Source of the DNA: Lama glama
Lineage: Eukaryota
Assembly: GCA_028534125.1 (NCBI GenBank)
Contig: CM052816.1
Coordinates: 82,338,001 to 82,402,000 of the forward strand
DNA length: 64,000 nt
Direction: 5' to 3'
Each line of letters starts with the position of its first letter. The first letter of the stretch is position 1. Positions 1-11,504 of this stretch are shown here, one piece after another. Under the pieces are notes generated by a model. It ran no database searches, was not told the DNA's origin, and saw only the letters and a list, made by a program, of their open reading frames with translations. A program made the position numbers and the translations under genes.

Positions 1-115
1 TAATATAGGATCTATTTCACAGATTGTGGTGAGGAATAAATGAGTTAATATATATTAAACTCTTAGAACAATGCCTGGAATGTAGTAAATGTTATAGAAG
101 CCTTTGCTGTGCTAA
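1..115 (+). mobile_element. MIR SINE, 3' portion
   Basis: GATTGTGGTGAGGAATAAATGAGTTAAT...CTTAGAACAATGCCTGG matches the MIR core and 3' consensus. Confidence 0.8.
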
Positions 116-162
116 TTAAATATTTATAGGTATGTTTTTAATCACCAGAAAGTGAAGTTTCT

Positions 163-1219
163 TTCCTTCCCAGTTTTATTGAGGTGTAATTGACATATAA
201 CATTGTGTAAGTTTAAAGTGTACAACATAATGGTTTGACATATGAGCATACTGAGAAATAATTACAATGATAAGGTTAGTTAACACATCCATCACCTCAC
301 ATAGCTACAATTTTGTGTGTGGTGAGAACTTTTAAGATCTAGCAACTCTCAAATATACAATATAGTATTGTTAACTATGGTCACCATGTTGCAGATTACA
401 TCCTCAGAACTTACTCATCTTATAACTTGAGTTTATGTCCTTTGACCAACTTCACCAATTCTTCTCCACCCACCTCTGCCACACACACACACACACACAC
501 AGCACTACACACACAGACCACCCTAGGCAGCCACCAATCTGTTGTTTCTATGGTTTGATTTTTTTAGATTTCACATGCAAGTTGTATCATACAGTATTTA
601 TCTTTCTCTTTCTGACTTAGTTCACTTAGCTTAATGTCTTCAAGGTCCATTTGTGTTGCAAGTGGCAGAATTTCCTTTTTTAATGGCTGAAATGTATGTG
701 TATATATGTATATAATGATAATGTATATATCCCACATTATTTTTATCCATTCATCCATCAGTGGACACTTCGGTTGTTTCTGTATTTTGGAGATAGTAAA
801 CAAAGCTGCAGTGAATGGAGTGGGGGAGGGGTTCAGATAGCTCTTTGAGACAGTGATCTCATTTCCTTCAGATACATACCCTCAAGTGGAATTGCTGGAT
901 TATATGGTAGTTCTGTGATCTATTTGTTGTTCAGGAGTGTGTGTGGTTTAATTTCCATATTTTTGTCAATTTCCAGCTTTTCTCCTGTTACTGGTTTCTT
1001 GTTTCATATCAATGTGGTCATAAAAGATACTTGACATAATCTCCATCTTCTTGAATTTGTTGAGACGTGTTTTGTATACTAATATATGATCTATCCTGGT
1101 GAATGTTCTGTCTTCATTAGAGAAGACACCCTGGTTGTCTTGTCTATGGGTAGTTGCTGGTTGGTCTTCTTGTGAAGGGGGCTGAAGTCAGGAACCACCT
1201 GTGTCATTATCCCGATGAC
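163..1219 (-). mobile_element. LINE-1 (L1MA9-like), internally deleted: 3' UTR/ORF2 C-terminus (163-914), endonuclease fragment (~911-1110) and 5' terminus (~1111-1219)
   Basis: ORF 564-803 gives KQPKCPLMDEWIK (ORF2 C-terminus). 915-1110 translates on - as RTFTRIDHILVYKTRLNKFKKMEIMSSIFYDH (L1 endonuclease). The distal end resembles an L1M 5' start. Confidence 0.8.
480..517. repeat. Interrupted (CA)n microsatellite inside the L1 3' UTR
   Basis: Read directly from the sequence. Confidence 0.95.
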
Positions 1220-1335
1220 TGGACATGAGCTTTCTGAAGGCAGGGGTTGTGACATTCATTTTATAAATTTTTGGTACCTAATGATGCACCAGGTATATAG
1301 TTGACATTCATCAAATATTTCTTGAATTAATAGAT
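1220..1335 (+). mobile_element. L2 LINE 3' end fragment
   Basis: TGAGCTTTCTGAAGGCAGGG...CAAATATTTCTTGAATTAAT resembles the L2 3' tail. Confidence 0.6.
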
Positions 1336-1573
1336 GACTTTTTCTTTTGTTCACAAAGTAACAAAATTAAAAGAGAAAACTGAAAAGAATAAAAAAAGGT
1401 TTTATTTAAACATTCCTAAGTTTACTGTTCAGGAGAAGTGAGATCATTGGCACGCAATGGGTTTCACCATTCTTCAGCTAGTATTTCTTTATTCCTGTCA
1501 GATTTAATAAGGACTATAATAAAACTTAGAGAAAACATTAAGCTGCTGACACTTGAAATATCCAGTTAGAAAA

Positions 1574-1850
1574 TGTGATGTTCCCTCTATTTTCACTCCC
1601 CTGGTTCCTGACTGTATTAAGTGGGTTTATTTGAGGGCAAGCTAGGTCATGAGAGAACTTATTCTGGACGACAGATTATACTGAGCCTGGGCTGATATGT
1701 TCCCATCACACTGCACTGTAATGGATGAAGTGTTTTTTGGGCTTCCTTCTATTTTATCATTGGGTTACCAGCTCACTTGGGTCAGATGAGTTCCTCTTAG
1801 AGCCACACCCTTACTGCTGGAGCTCAGTCCCTCCAGAAACAATCTCCACA
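1574..1850. mobile_element. Possible ancient solo LTR (family uncertain)
   Basis: Segment bounded by TG...CA and ending CAGAAACAATCTCCACA, next to L2 sequence. Weak recall only. Confidence 0.3.
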
Positions 1851-1859
1851 GTCAGCTTC

Positions 1860-2480
1860 AAGATTTTAAGTGTGATCATGTTTGATGAAAAGATCAATCT
1901 GAAGTCCATGGGAAGAAAGGTTGGGGAAGGGTGAGAGCGAGAGTAGGAGACCAGATGGAAGACTGGTGCAGTAGCCCAGGCCAGGAACCAAGAGAGAGAT
2001 GATCATGGGGTAGAGAGAAAGGGACAGATTTGGGAAATGTTAAGGATTTATAACAAGCACACCTTGTACCTTGTTACTGACTAGAGGTGATGAAGGATGT
2101 TAGAATGGCTTCCATGTATGTGGATTATATCACTGGGTGCACAGTGGGACCATTAGTCAGTGTAGAGAGAAGAGGATTAAAAATGAGTTTTATTTGGGAA
2201 AAGTAATTACTTTTGTTGCTAGGTCAATTGAGGTTTCTTCTCTACTACAGATGAAACATTCACCGGAATAGATCTGCTTGTTGCTAGACAGATGTGCCTG
2301 GGAGGCAGTTGTTACAAGGGTCTGGAACTCAGGACAGTCACCAAGGCTGAGGATACAGAGGTTCAGGAGTCATTACTCTATGGGAACTCATGGAGACCAT
2401 TGTTGTGGATGACATCACAGGCGAAGTATATACTTCAGGGCAGTGAGAGAGAGAGAGAGATGAACTCTAGAGAATGGACT
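1860..2480 (-). mobile_element. L2 LINE fragment
   Basis: Purine-rich antisense L2 motifs such as GGAGACCAGATGGAAGACTGGTGCAGTAGCCCAGG. Confidence 0.7.
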
Positions 2481-2829
2481 CTAACTTGCTGCAATGACAA
2501 ACTGGTTTATTTTTTAGAGAAAAGGAACAAAAGATCCTGGAACATTGCAAGAACCTTCTTCTGGAAAGTCCATGCTTAAGGTCATGGAAAAAGCCTAGTG
2601 TCTTTTCTCAGAGGTCTTAAAAACTGGAGTTTTTTATTCCTGTTTACATTGATGAGTCAACAAAAGAGTATATGTGTAAAATATAAAACACAAAATAAAG
2701 CAAGCAAACCACCAAAACCCAACATTCTTAGGTATTGTCTTAAGTTGAAAACAACCTCCATTTATCTCTTGTAATTAGAGAAGGCTACAGGGCAGTCTTG
2801 CACTCTGAATTTATAGTTTTTTCTAATGT

Positions 2830-3082
2830 GGAAAATACATTTTTAGTACATGCACACATATACGCACACCTCTGACACAGAAGTTTTATGAAGCAGCACT
2901 CACCCTTACTTCTCGTAATGTACTCTTGATATTTTTCATTTCATTCCACATCATTTATTCCATTTCATACTGTTCCTTTCCCCTATTCTGTTCCACTGTA
3001 AAAATAAATTCTGTTTTAGTGACCCACTAAATTGATTTTGCAAACTACTAGGAGGTCACAACCCACAGTTTGAGAAACTCTG
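2830..3082. mobile_element. hAT-Charlie DNA transposon remnant
   Basis: Terminal GACCCACTAAATTGATTT...GGTCACAACCCACAGTTTGAGAAACTCTG, a Charlie-type end. Confidence 0.65.
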
Positions 3083-3340
3083 CCTTGAAAGTCCTCTGGA
3101 AACTTCTATAAAGATGAATTCTACTTGTAATACCTTTATTGAGCATAGGCTGGTGTAAAGGAGTTTCAGGGAGACTAATTGGGGCCCTCATGGATCTCCT
3201 CACAGGAATCTTGCTGAGGAGTTCTAACCCAGTTAGTTGATCATTTATTCATTTCCCATTCAGCTAGGAGGTCTTTATGGGCTACCTATTCCAGCCGGGA
3301 AGGGCACCTTGCTAGTTCTTGGGGATAAAGCATTCAACAC

Positions 3341-3685
3341 AAGGCAAATCCAGAGTTTGTGGGGTTTGAAACGTAAATAATTTGGAGACCCACTTTAAGA
3401 AAAAGAATGTAAAACTGCAAATATAAAATTAGGTGCCAAAGTAATTATTTATGTTGAGAAAGATACCACACCATATTCTTCAAACTTCAGGTCCCTTTTG
3501 TCTATGATCCTTTTGAGCAATTTGCTAAAATCTTTGTACAGTAATTCTTACTGATTGCCACCTTGGTGCCCTCCTCACCTAGAACACTCTGTAAATCTGC
3601 AACTTCTACCACTGCTCCCCAGGTCCTCTGTAAGGAAATGGACCCCAACCCGATATTTCATTAGCTTTAGAATAAATCCACCTCT
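3341..3685 (-). mobile_element. Arthur1-like hAT-Tip100 DNA transposon inserted in an L2 (L2 pieces ~3240-3340 and ~3790-3880, - strand)
   Basis: Reverse complement begins AGAGGTGGATTTATTCTAAAGCTAATGAA, close to the Arthur1 5' end. The other end carries the complementary TIR-like sequence. Confidence 0.65.
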
Positions 3686-3941
3686 ATTTACATTTGTATG
3701 AACATTATCAACCCCCTTGTATCTCCTCTGCTAAAGGCGGACACAGTTAAGGGACTAGTCATATTACACATTATTCAGTTTTATTGTGGGATAGAGAAAT
3801 ACAAAAAACTAGGAGAGCTTATAGTAGGGGAATCAGACCTGGTCTGCAGCAGGGGGAAGACTTCCTGAGGAAATGTTCCCTGGGGAGAGTCCAAGCGCAT
3901 GTGCTGTAATCATAGGCCAGATCCAGGAACTGGCGCTGGTT

Positions 3942-4203
3942 TGCAAACGGTGTGCACCACACTGTGACAGGACACATAAGTAACTTAGAGTAAGTGTCCA
4001 GAACCTCTTAAAACAATTTGAAGGAGTAATTTTATACCCATTAACTCCAATAATATGGCTTAAACTTGCATTTTGCATGCCCTTTTATTTTTTCATTTTG
4101 TTTTCCCAGAAATTCGTTTATCTTATAGTAGCAAAAGTATGAATGTGCACAAATTGTGAGGGGAAAACCTGGTCTTTCCCCACCAATAGACTAAGAAGTG
4201 CTG
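3942..4203. mobile_element. hAT-Charlie-like DNA transposon remnant
   Basis: Degenerate TIR-like ends (...AATAGACTAAGAAGTGCTG). Confidence 0.4.
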
Positions 4204-7200
4204 TCCAAGACTCTCCTTGCAGTTGAACCCCCTGCCCCTCTACTTTCTGCTTGCCATACTTAGAGTAAATGAAATTAAAGTGAAAATAAAGCAACATTTG
4301 GAATAAGGACTGGACATCAAGAAGTATTATCTTTGACTTAAAATTTAAAAAAAACTTTATGGTAAATAAGAAACACTAATGATATTAAGAATTGGACATA
4401 AGTGTTAAGAAAAATTCAAAGCAGGCCATGAAAAATTAGGAAGTGGTAATTTTTAAAAAATATATCAAACAATTAACAAGATAAATCCTTGCATAATATA
4501 AACGAATATAAAAAGAGTGCAAATGACAATGCAACCTTTCATTTAGGAGCTAAAACCCAAATGGATACACGCGTACTTCCAACACTAGGCTTGTTCTTTG
4601 GCTGAGAGCCAGTGGGTAGAGATAGATCCCTTGGTCTTGTTCTGGGTGCTTGACAGCCCCAGCATCCATATTGCCTTAAACTCCTGTGCTGGGAGGAGAC
4701 ACTGCATTTTCTCATTGCATGGTGTGTCCATCTCCATGTCCCCAGTGTGCAATACAGCAGCAGTCCACCAGATTATCAGACATCCCCATGTAAAAGCTGA
4801 TCAAACGATGATGTGGTGATCGCATTCCCAAGTGAGTCAAGGGAACATCTTTTGGAAATACAAGGGCAGTATATTTCACTTTTCAAAATCCAGAGCAAAT
4901 TGAACTTTTTGATATTTATGAACTAAGAAAGGGTTTGATTCTAAACATTTAATTTCATTTCACAGCAGTCAATAAAAGAATGTTTAAGCATTAAAGAGAG
5001 AGATGTGCATTTTACCTTAAACACCAGCCTTTAACTCACTTTAAAAATAATTTCTAAGTGTTCAGGGGAATTTAACCTTTTTCTCGTTATCCTCTATTTT
5101 AAATTCATCACATGTTTTCTACTTTAAAAATAGTGTTTTAACATGATCCTTGATTTCTCAAGTACAATTTGTATAATTCCTTCCACCAATAAATATTAAA
5201 AATTAATTTTAAAAATTAAAAATATTAAAAATCCGAGAGACTTTATAATGTACAAGACACATTATTTTTTATAACTTGCTTATCATAAAAGATATTCAAA
5301 GTATGATTTCTTTCAATTGAGCTAAACTAGCAGACTGTTTACTGTTTAATGACGTGTTCACTTCTATAGGCTCCTCATTATTGCAAAGTATATGACATTA
5401 TTTCAAAATTAATTAATAATTTTCTCAATTGTTTTCCTTGACAAATTTAGAACATTGTATATTGTGTACATTTAAAAGCGTTCCCATATTTACAAAATAA
5501 CAGGAATGAATAGAAATGACTTTTTCATTAAAGCATTCTTTAGCCATTATGTCATAATTGCTTAATTTAGACAAAGTAATGCTATGTCACACTGGTAATT
5601 TGCAAAGATAAATCACATTTTTGCTAGGTTATTTTCCCTCCATGTAGTTAGAATTATTCACTCTTATGGAGTTGGTGAAATTTACAAATGGGATCTACTT
5701 TGAACTAAATTTGAAGGAAAAAAAAATCTTAAATGAGATTAATGCAGAAAAGATTGGTGTTTACCTGCATTTTCTGTTTTTGTTATTATTGTTTATGTAA
5801 GTCATTTAAGTTTCAGCAAACTGGGAAAAGCTTAGAAAAATGTCCTGTACCCAAACTGGGGCACATGGATTGCAAATCATTTATTAAGTTCCTGAAAATA
5901 TATTTGCCAACAGAAAAGGAAACACATGTTGAAAGGCGACCTGGTCTCTGTTGGATGGACTTTGTTTTTCACAGGAGTTTTCTCTGTTTGTGTTGTACCA
6001 TAACACAGAAATGTAAATGTCTCTTAGATAAATTTATGGTGAAGAGGTCTTCACAAATCACGCTTCAGTGATGCTGTGTCATCATGCTGTTTGCATAGTG
6101 TGATAACAGTAGACAGTTCTGTGTTGGTTAGAACACTGCATAACCATCCTGACAGCATCAGGGAATGAGTGAATGAATAACTCTGGGGCCATCTATTTGA
6201 AATCATCAAACCCCATGGAATGTTTAAAGATTTTCTAGAAATTTCGCTTCTTAATGGACTTGATTGGGTAGTGTGATAAATTGGTCAAACCCATTTCCCA
6301 GACTCCTGGAGGAATTTTATCAAAGCAATGGCAACACATGCTTGTGTACTTTTTAAAACTTTCATTGTATTATTCATTCTTCTGAAGACACATTTCAAAG
6401 GGGAAAGTATGTGTTGCAGATGCTGTGGATCTAATTACAGAAACACACAGATGTCATTAAAAAATTTACCTTCAGGGCCCAGGATATAAGTTCAAGATTT
6501 GAAACCCAGGAGTTTGTAGAGGTAAGATCCATTGTTCTGTAGCAAACAAACATTAAAATTTCTGAAAATGAGAGGCATGATGGCATCGAATGGTGCTTTC
6601 CTCCCATTTTGCTGAGATATCTGGGCCCAGCTGTGCAAAATAGATTGAAATTTAGCCTTATTTCTGCTGGTATATTAGGGCTAGTATTTACATGACAATT
6701 GTTAAATTAGATGTGTATAACCAAAGAAACACAATTGTTTAATAAATTACGAGTGGAATTAAATTGCTCGTAAATAAAATTAGGAGGAGGAGAATAATTT
6801 GTTGGAGTGAAAAAAAAGGATATTTTGGATAATATCTGTCAATATTAAAATGGTATTACTATGTCATGCTTATAAAATATCCATTGTAAAATTTAGATGA
6901 AGTTATCCACTTACTCACTGAAAAGCAATCTTTTCCCCCAGACATGCGTGTAAGAATTTAGCTTTCCTTTAACCCAAACACATTATTAAGACAGCAAATC
7001 AGAAACGAGATTAAGGGGAAAAGCTCCTCAGTAGAGGCCAGAAGCCTCTCCAAACTGAATTTTAAGTGCTGCTTCTGATGTAGGTTTCTTCTTTTTCATT
7101 AAAAAAAGGGGTATTAAGGAAGTAACACAAGCAAAATAACTGTGTTCACACAGCCCCTTTCACAATATACTCATAGAGGCTTGCATTTTTCTGGGCCTCG

Positions 7201-7949
7201 TGTCCAACAGTGGAATAGAACTGGTGCAGATTGTGGAGAAACAAATTCTGTGGATGTGGCTGCAATGAGCAATATGGTATAATCTTGGATACAGTGTTTT
7301 CATTGTGTTTGATGCATTCATTCATTTGCAGATGTATTCATTTGCAAATTATCCACAGCTCAAATCCCTTTGCAAACTAAGTATGTCATTCCAGGAAGGC
7401 CAGCACATCCATGGCCCACTAGATTCTTTAAAAGCCTGCCCTCGTTTTGGTTTCCCCCCACCCTGTTTTATTTCCTTTGAGAGGCTAGAAGAGCCTCTGT
7501 GAAGAGAGTGTGGACTTGGGAAGAATGTGAAGGTAGTGCCCAACTGCACATGCCTGTACATTTCCTCTACAGATACTTCACTGCACATCTATTTGAAGAT
7601 AAATTTAAATTAGTGAAACTGATGGAGTGATCTTGGGAGACAGAACTACTTTGGTTAAATTTGTTTTATCATAAATAAAGGTGCAAGAAGCAGAGAGAAG
7701 ACATAATTAAGTGGATAGCTATTTTATTTAGTGGGGGAACGTATCTTACATATTCTTGGATTGGGTCAAGTTTATGCGTAATGCTTGGAAGAATAAAACA
7801 AATAGACAGCAAAGAGATTATAATAGAGGAAGAAAAAAAACCACAAAAGGAAATATTGGTAACACAGAATACAGTTCTCCAGGAATAAGGAATCAGTGCT
7901 TGGCATTTTACCAGTTCCTCACACAGTTTCAGTTTAGATTGGCCAGGAT

Positions 7950-8240
7950 GACTCTGTTGCCTGCTATGTGCTGGTGCCAGACCTTGAGTTCTAGAGGTAA
8001 ATGAAACAGTCTCCACCTTCAAAGAGCTCACCGTTGACAAAGGCATCTGGGCAGAGTGAAGTCTGGTGTGCAGGAAACCGATCCTTGATAATGAAATCTC
8101 TGAGCTGAAACTCAAAGAATGATGATTGTCAACTAAGTGCTTACAGAGGGAAAGTGCAAAGTCTCGTCCCTGTGGGGACTCGGAAAAAGCAAGTGTGTGA
8201 GATGAACAAGCAGTTTCCACTTGGCTGTATATGGTCTCCA
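7950..8240 (-). mobile_element. L2 LINE 3' fragment
   Basis: GCCTGCTATGTGCTGG...AAACAGTCTCCACCTTCAAAGAGCTCAC is an antisense L2 tail. Confidence 0.6.
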
Positions 8241-8844
8241 TTCTGGTGCTCCAGCCTCTCTATCACACTCTCTCTTCCAATTCACTGAAGGCTGACCTAT
8301 ACAGTAATGCAAGTGTATAGCTGATTTGGCTTTGATCTTATGTTTTGAATGCTAGTCTAGGTAATATTATTAGTGACTGAAATAGTTTCTGTTCCCTTCC
8401 CATAGGCTATCCAATTTTTGACATTCATCCTGAGAAAGGTATTTGAACAGATCAACAGAAATAGTTTGTGAGGAACTATGAAAACTAACATTGGTCCCTG
8501 GAAACAACTATTGTTTGCACCAAAGTAAAAAAGAACTCCATTTTCCTTTTTTTTTCCCGAAATTAGGCAATGCATCTGTACTTCAAAATGTAAATATAAT
8601 AGTTCTCAGTATTGGGAAATCCTGAGGATGATGCTAGGTGGATAAGTAATGTTTGCAAAGGTCATTAGTAGCTTAATTATTGTCAGTCTGTTATTTTCAC
8701 TCTGAAGGGAAGTGTCTAGTTACTTGACTCTTGCCTATCAGCACTCCTGCACCAACAACATTGAACCAAAGGGTTAAAAACATTGGTGCCAATGTTGCAG
8801 TGTTGTACAACAAATTTTTTCTTCCTTTCTCTCTCTATAAGTAA

Positions 8845-9063
8845 TGCTAAAAATGACAGCATCTATTATGTAGTTGGCAATCATATAAATTTTCTTTAAT
8901 CTTCATTGTATCCCTTCCATGTGGATGTATTATATTCCAGTCTTACAGATGAAAGAACTGAACCAAGTGAAGTAACCCACTTGAAAAGTCATACAGTCGA
9001 CAATGTGGAGTTAAGCACCCAGAGGTGGCTCTTCTGGCTTGCAGATCTGGGCTTTCCCACTGT
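8845..9063 (-). mobile_element. MIR SINE
   Basis: TTACAGATGAAAGAACTGAA core motif in antisense orientation. Confidence 0.7.
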
Positions 9064-9799
9064 TTTCAGCTACCTGTGCAGTTCCTCTTTTGGATATACA
9101 TATATGTCATCAAAAATTTTTGCACATTATAATCTTGCTGCTATCTCAAAGTTTGCTTTCCTTATGGAAACACCTCCACTGAATAAAGAGAAGGGATAAA
9201 TATCCTTCATCACTCTAATAAGAACAGAGCATCTTTATAAATTGATGACCTGATAACTTCTCATATGATGAAAGAGCATAAATACCATATTATTTTATTT
9301 TCCTAAATAAACTTTCTGAAAAATTTGGAAAAATTTAGGTTAAATTAAAGGTGCAAAGGTAATACAGAGAATTCACATACCTTTCACCCAATTTCCTATA
9401 ATGTTAACATCTCTCATGGTACTTTGTCAAAAATAAGAATGTGACATTAATAGCATTGCTATTAATTACACTGCAGAGTTTATGTGAATTATACTAGTTT
9501 TTCCACGAATGTCTTTTTCTGTTTCAGGATCCAATCCAGGATTCCACATTGCACTCAGTCTTCATGTCTCCTTAGCCTCCTCTGGTCTGTGATGGCTTCT
9601 AAATCTTTCCTTGCTTTTCATGACCTTGACAGCTTGGAACAGTGCTGGTCAGGTGCTTTGTAAAATGTCCGTCAATTTGATTGTACGAGGTGTTTGTCAT
9701 AATTAGCCTAGGGTTTTTTTTTGGAGGGAGGTGGGTTGCGGGAAGAAAACCACAGATGTGAAGTGCCTTCTCATGACATCTCATCAGGGAGTGTGATAT

Positions 9800-10285
9800 T
9801 TTAGAGGAGGAGAAAACATCTTTCCTTTACCCATTTTAGGTTCTTGGCTGGGTCTCTGTAACAAAAGAAAGATTAAAGAGAGAAAAGCATACACGTTTAT
9901 TTAATATAAATTTTTTGCAACATGGGAGCCTTTCTAAGGAAATGAAGATCTGATAATTTTTCTGCTAGGTTTGAGGAAGAATGGAAGGTTGTGGGGCAAT
10001 GTGAGAGGACAAAAGGGGCATGAGTTACATGTAGTAAACTGGGGGAAATTTAGCGAGGATTGTTCTTTCATTTTGCTCCTCTCAGCATCCTTCCATCATG
10101 GGACATGAGGGTGCTCCTTTTCCTCTGTGTATAGGGAGGGCACCTCACATGAGGGGTTTATGACTTGCTTCAGAGGAAGGTCAGATAATCCTTCCTACAG
10201 TTGCTGTTTTTCAGATTCCTTTAGCTTAAAATATCCAGTATGCCACAGTGCCATATTTTGGGGTAGTGTATTCTGAATGCTGTCA
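9800..10285 (-). mobile_element. ERV1 solo LTR, MER34/MER39 group
   Basis: Reverse complement starts TGACAGCATTCAGAATACACTACCCCAAAATATGGC. 4-bp TSD ATAT/GTAT, the length typical of ERV1. Confidence 0.75.
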
Positions 10286-10374
10286 GTATCAACGTGGCTT
10301 ACCAAGAGTGATATTAACATGATCACTCGGTTAAAGTTGTGTTGGCCAGGTTTCTTCACTGAAAAGTTGCTGTT

Positions 10375-10785
10375 TGTTATAGGTTGAATTCTGTCCTCTA
10401 GAGAAGACAATTTGAAGTCCTAGCCCCTGTACCTGTAAATGTGATACTATTGGGAAATAGGGCTTTTGCATATTTATTCAAGTTAAGATGGGATCATTAG
10501 AATGGGCCCCAATTCAACATAGCAGGTGTCCTTACAAGAAGAGGAAAATGCCAGGTGAAGCATCAGTGAGCACCCAGAGACAACACGGGGAGGATGCCAT
10601 GTGACACCAGAAGCTAGGAAGAGGCAAGGAAAGACTCTCCCCTAAAGTTCCAGAGGGAGTATGGCCTTACCGACACCTTGATTTTAGACTTTTAGACTCT
10701 AGAACTGTACCACAGTAAATTTCTGTTGCTTTAAGCTGCTCGATTTGTGGTACCTTGTTGTGACAGCCCTAAGGAAACAAATGCA
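10375..10785 (+). mobile_element. MaLR solo LTR (MLT1C-like)
   Basis: TG...CA ends, MLT1 motifs, and a perfect 5-bp TSD CTGTT (10370-10374 and 10786-10790). Confidence 0.9.
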
Positions 10786-11463
10786 CTGTTCTTCACTTTC
10801 CATCCTCTACCCTTTGTAAGCAAGTCGCCAAATCTAGGTCACACTCAAAGGTGTTTAGTTTGCTCTTATGTGTAGGTTTTGAAAACTTTGGACAGAGCTT
10901 GCCACTATCTCTTCATCTCAGTTAATCCTTGGCTAATGACAAGAGCAGTGGAAACACTGGAGGAACACCACGACCAAATGGGCCGTGTTTAAGCTCATCA
11001 AAGAGTTCTCTTCAAGGGCAGGAATAAACTCATTTGCATTCCCTCAGATAGCAGTATTCTATTACAATGCACAGAGTCGTAATCGGTTTTGTTAACCTTT
11101 GCTTAACACAGTATTGAGTGAACGTATGCAATAAAAATGCAGTTCTTAACTCAGGCCTCTTATGCGAAATTCTCCAAAAACATTTTTATTTAACAGTAGT
11201 TTGATTGAACTGGCAGTTTGGTTAAACCACTTGAACTTCTAGCTTTTTGTAATAGTTTAGAGTTTCAATTCTTTTCTCTTCCAGGAGGAAGGAAGGAATA
11301 TCAGATTAAATCTATTTATGTGTAAAAGCCCCCGAAGTAAGCTGTGGTTTCAACTGTGTTTGAGGAAGTGAATACATTTTATTTTTCCTTGAGGTTTCTC
11401 TATTTCTTCCTTTCTTGCTTGCTTTCTTTTATTTACAAGAGAGGTCACTTTCTGTGGAACAAA

Positions 11464-11504
11464 GTGTGTATGTGTGTGTGTATATATATATATGTATATA
11501 TATA
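11464..11504. repeat. (TG)n(TA)n compound microsatellite
   Basis: Read directly from the sequence. Confidence 0.9.

Larger units (their letters stand above)
9290..10850 (-). mobile_element. L1MC-type LINE-1 3' UTR, split by two LTR insertions
   Basis: CAGGATCCAATCCAGGATTCCACATTGCA...CATGTCTCCTTAG is an L1MC 3' UTR motif. The element resumes at 10286 and at 10786. Confidence 0.75.

Noticed and set aside
4570..4870. GC-richer island with a 73-aa ORF
   Set aside because: I could not assign it to an exon, RNA gene or repeat family. It is probably an old repeat fragment and needs a Dfam search.
6068..6160. SECIS or C/D snoRNA reading of the hairpin (GTGA...GA tandem pairs; GTGATGC...CTGA)
   Set aside because: No apical AA at SECIS spacing and no 3' UTR context. 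The C box is imperfect, with no convincing terminal stem or recognisable rRNA guide.
7669..8241. 190-aa - strand ORF, the longest in the track
   Set aside because: It overlaps an L2 remnant and has no recognisable homology.
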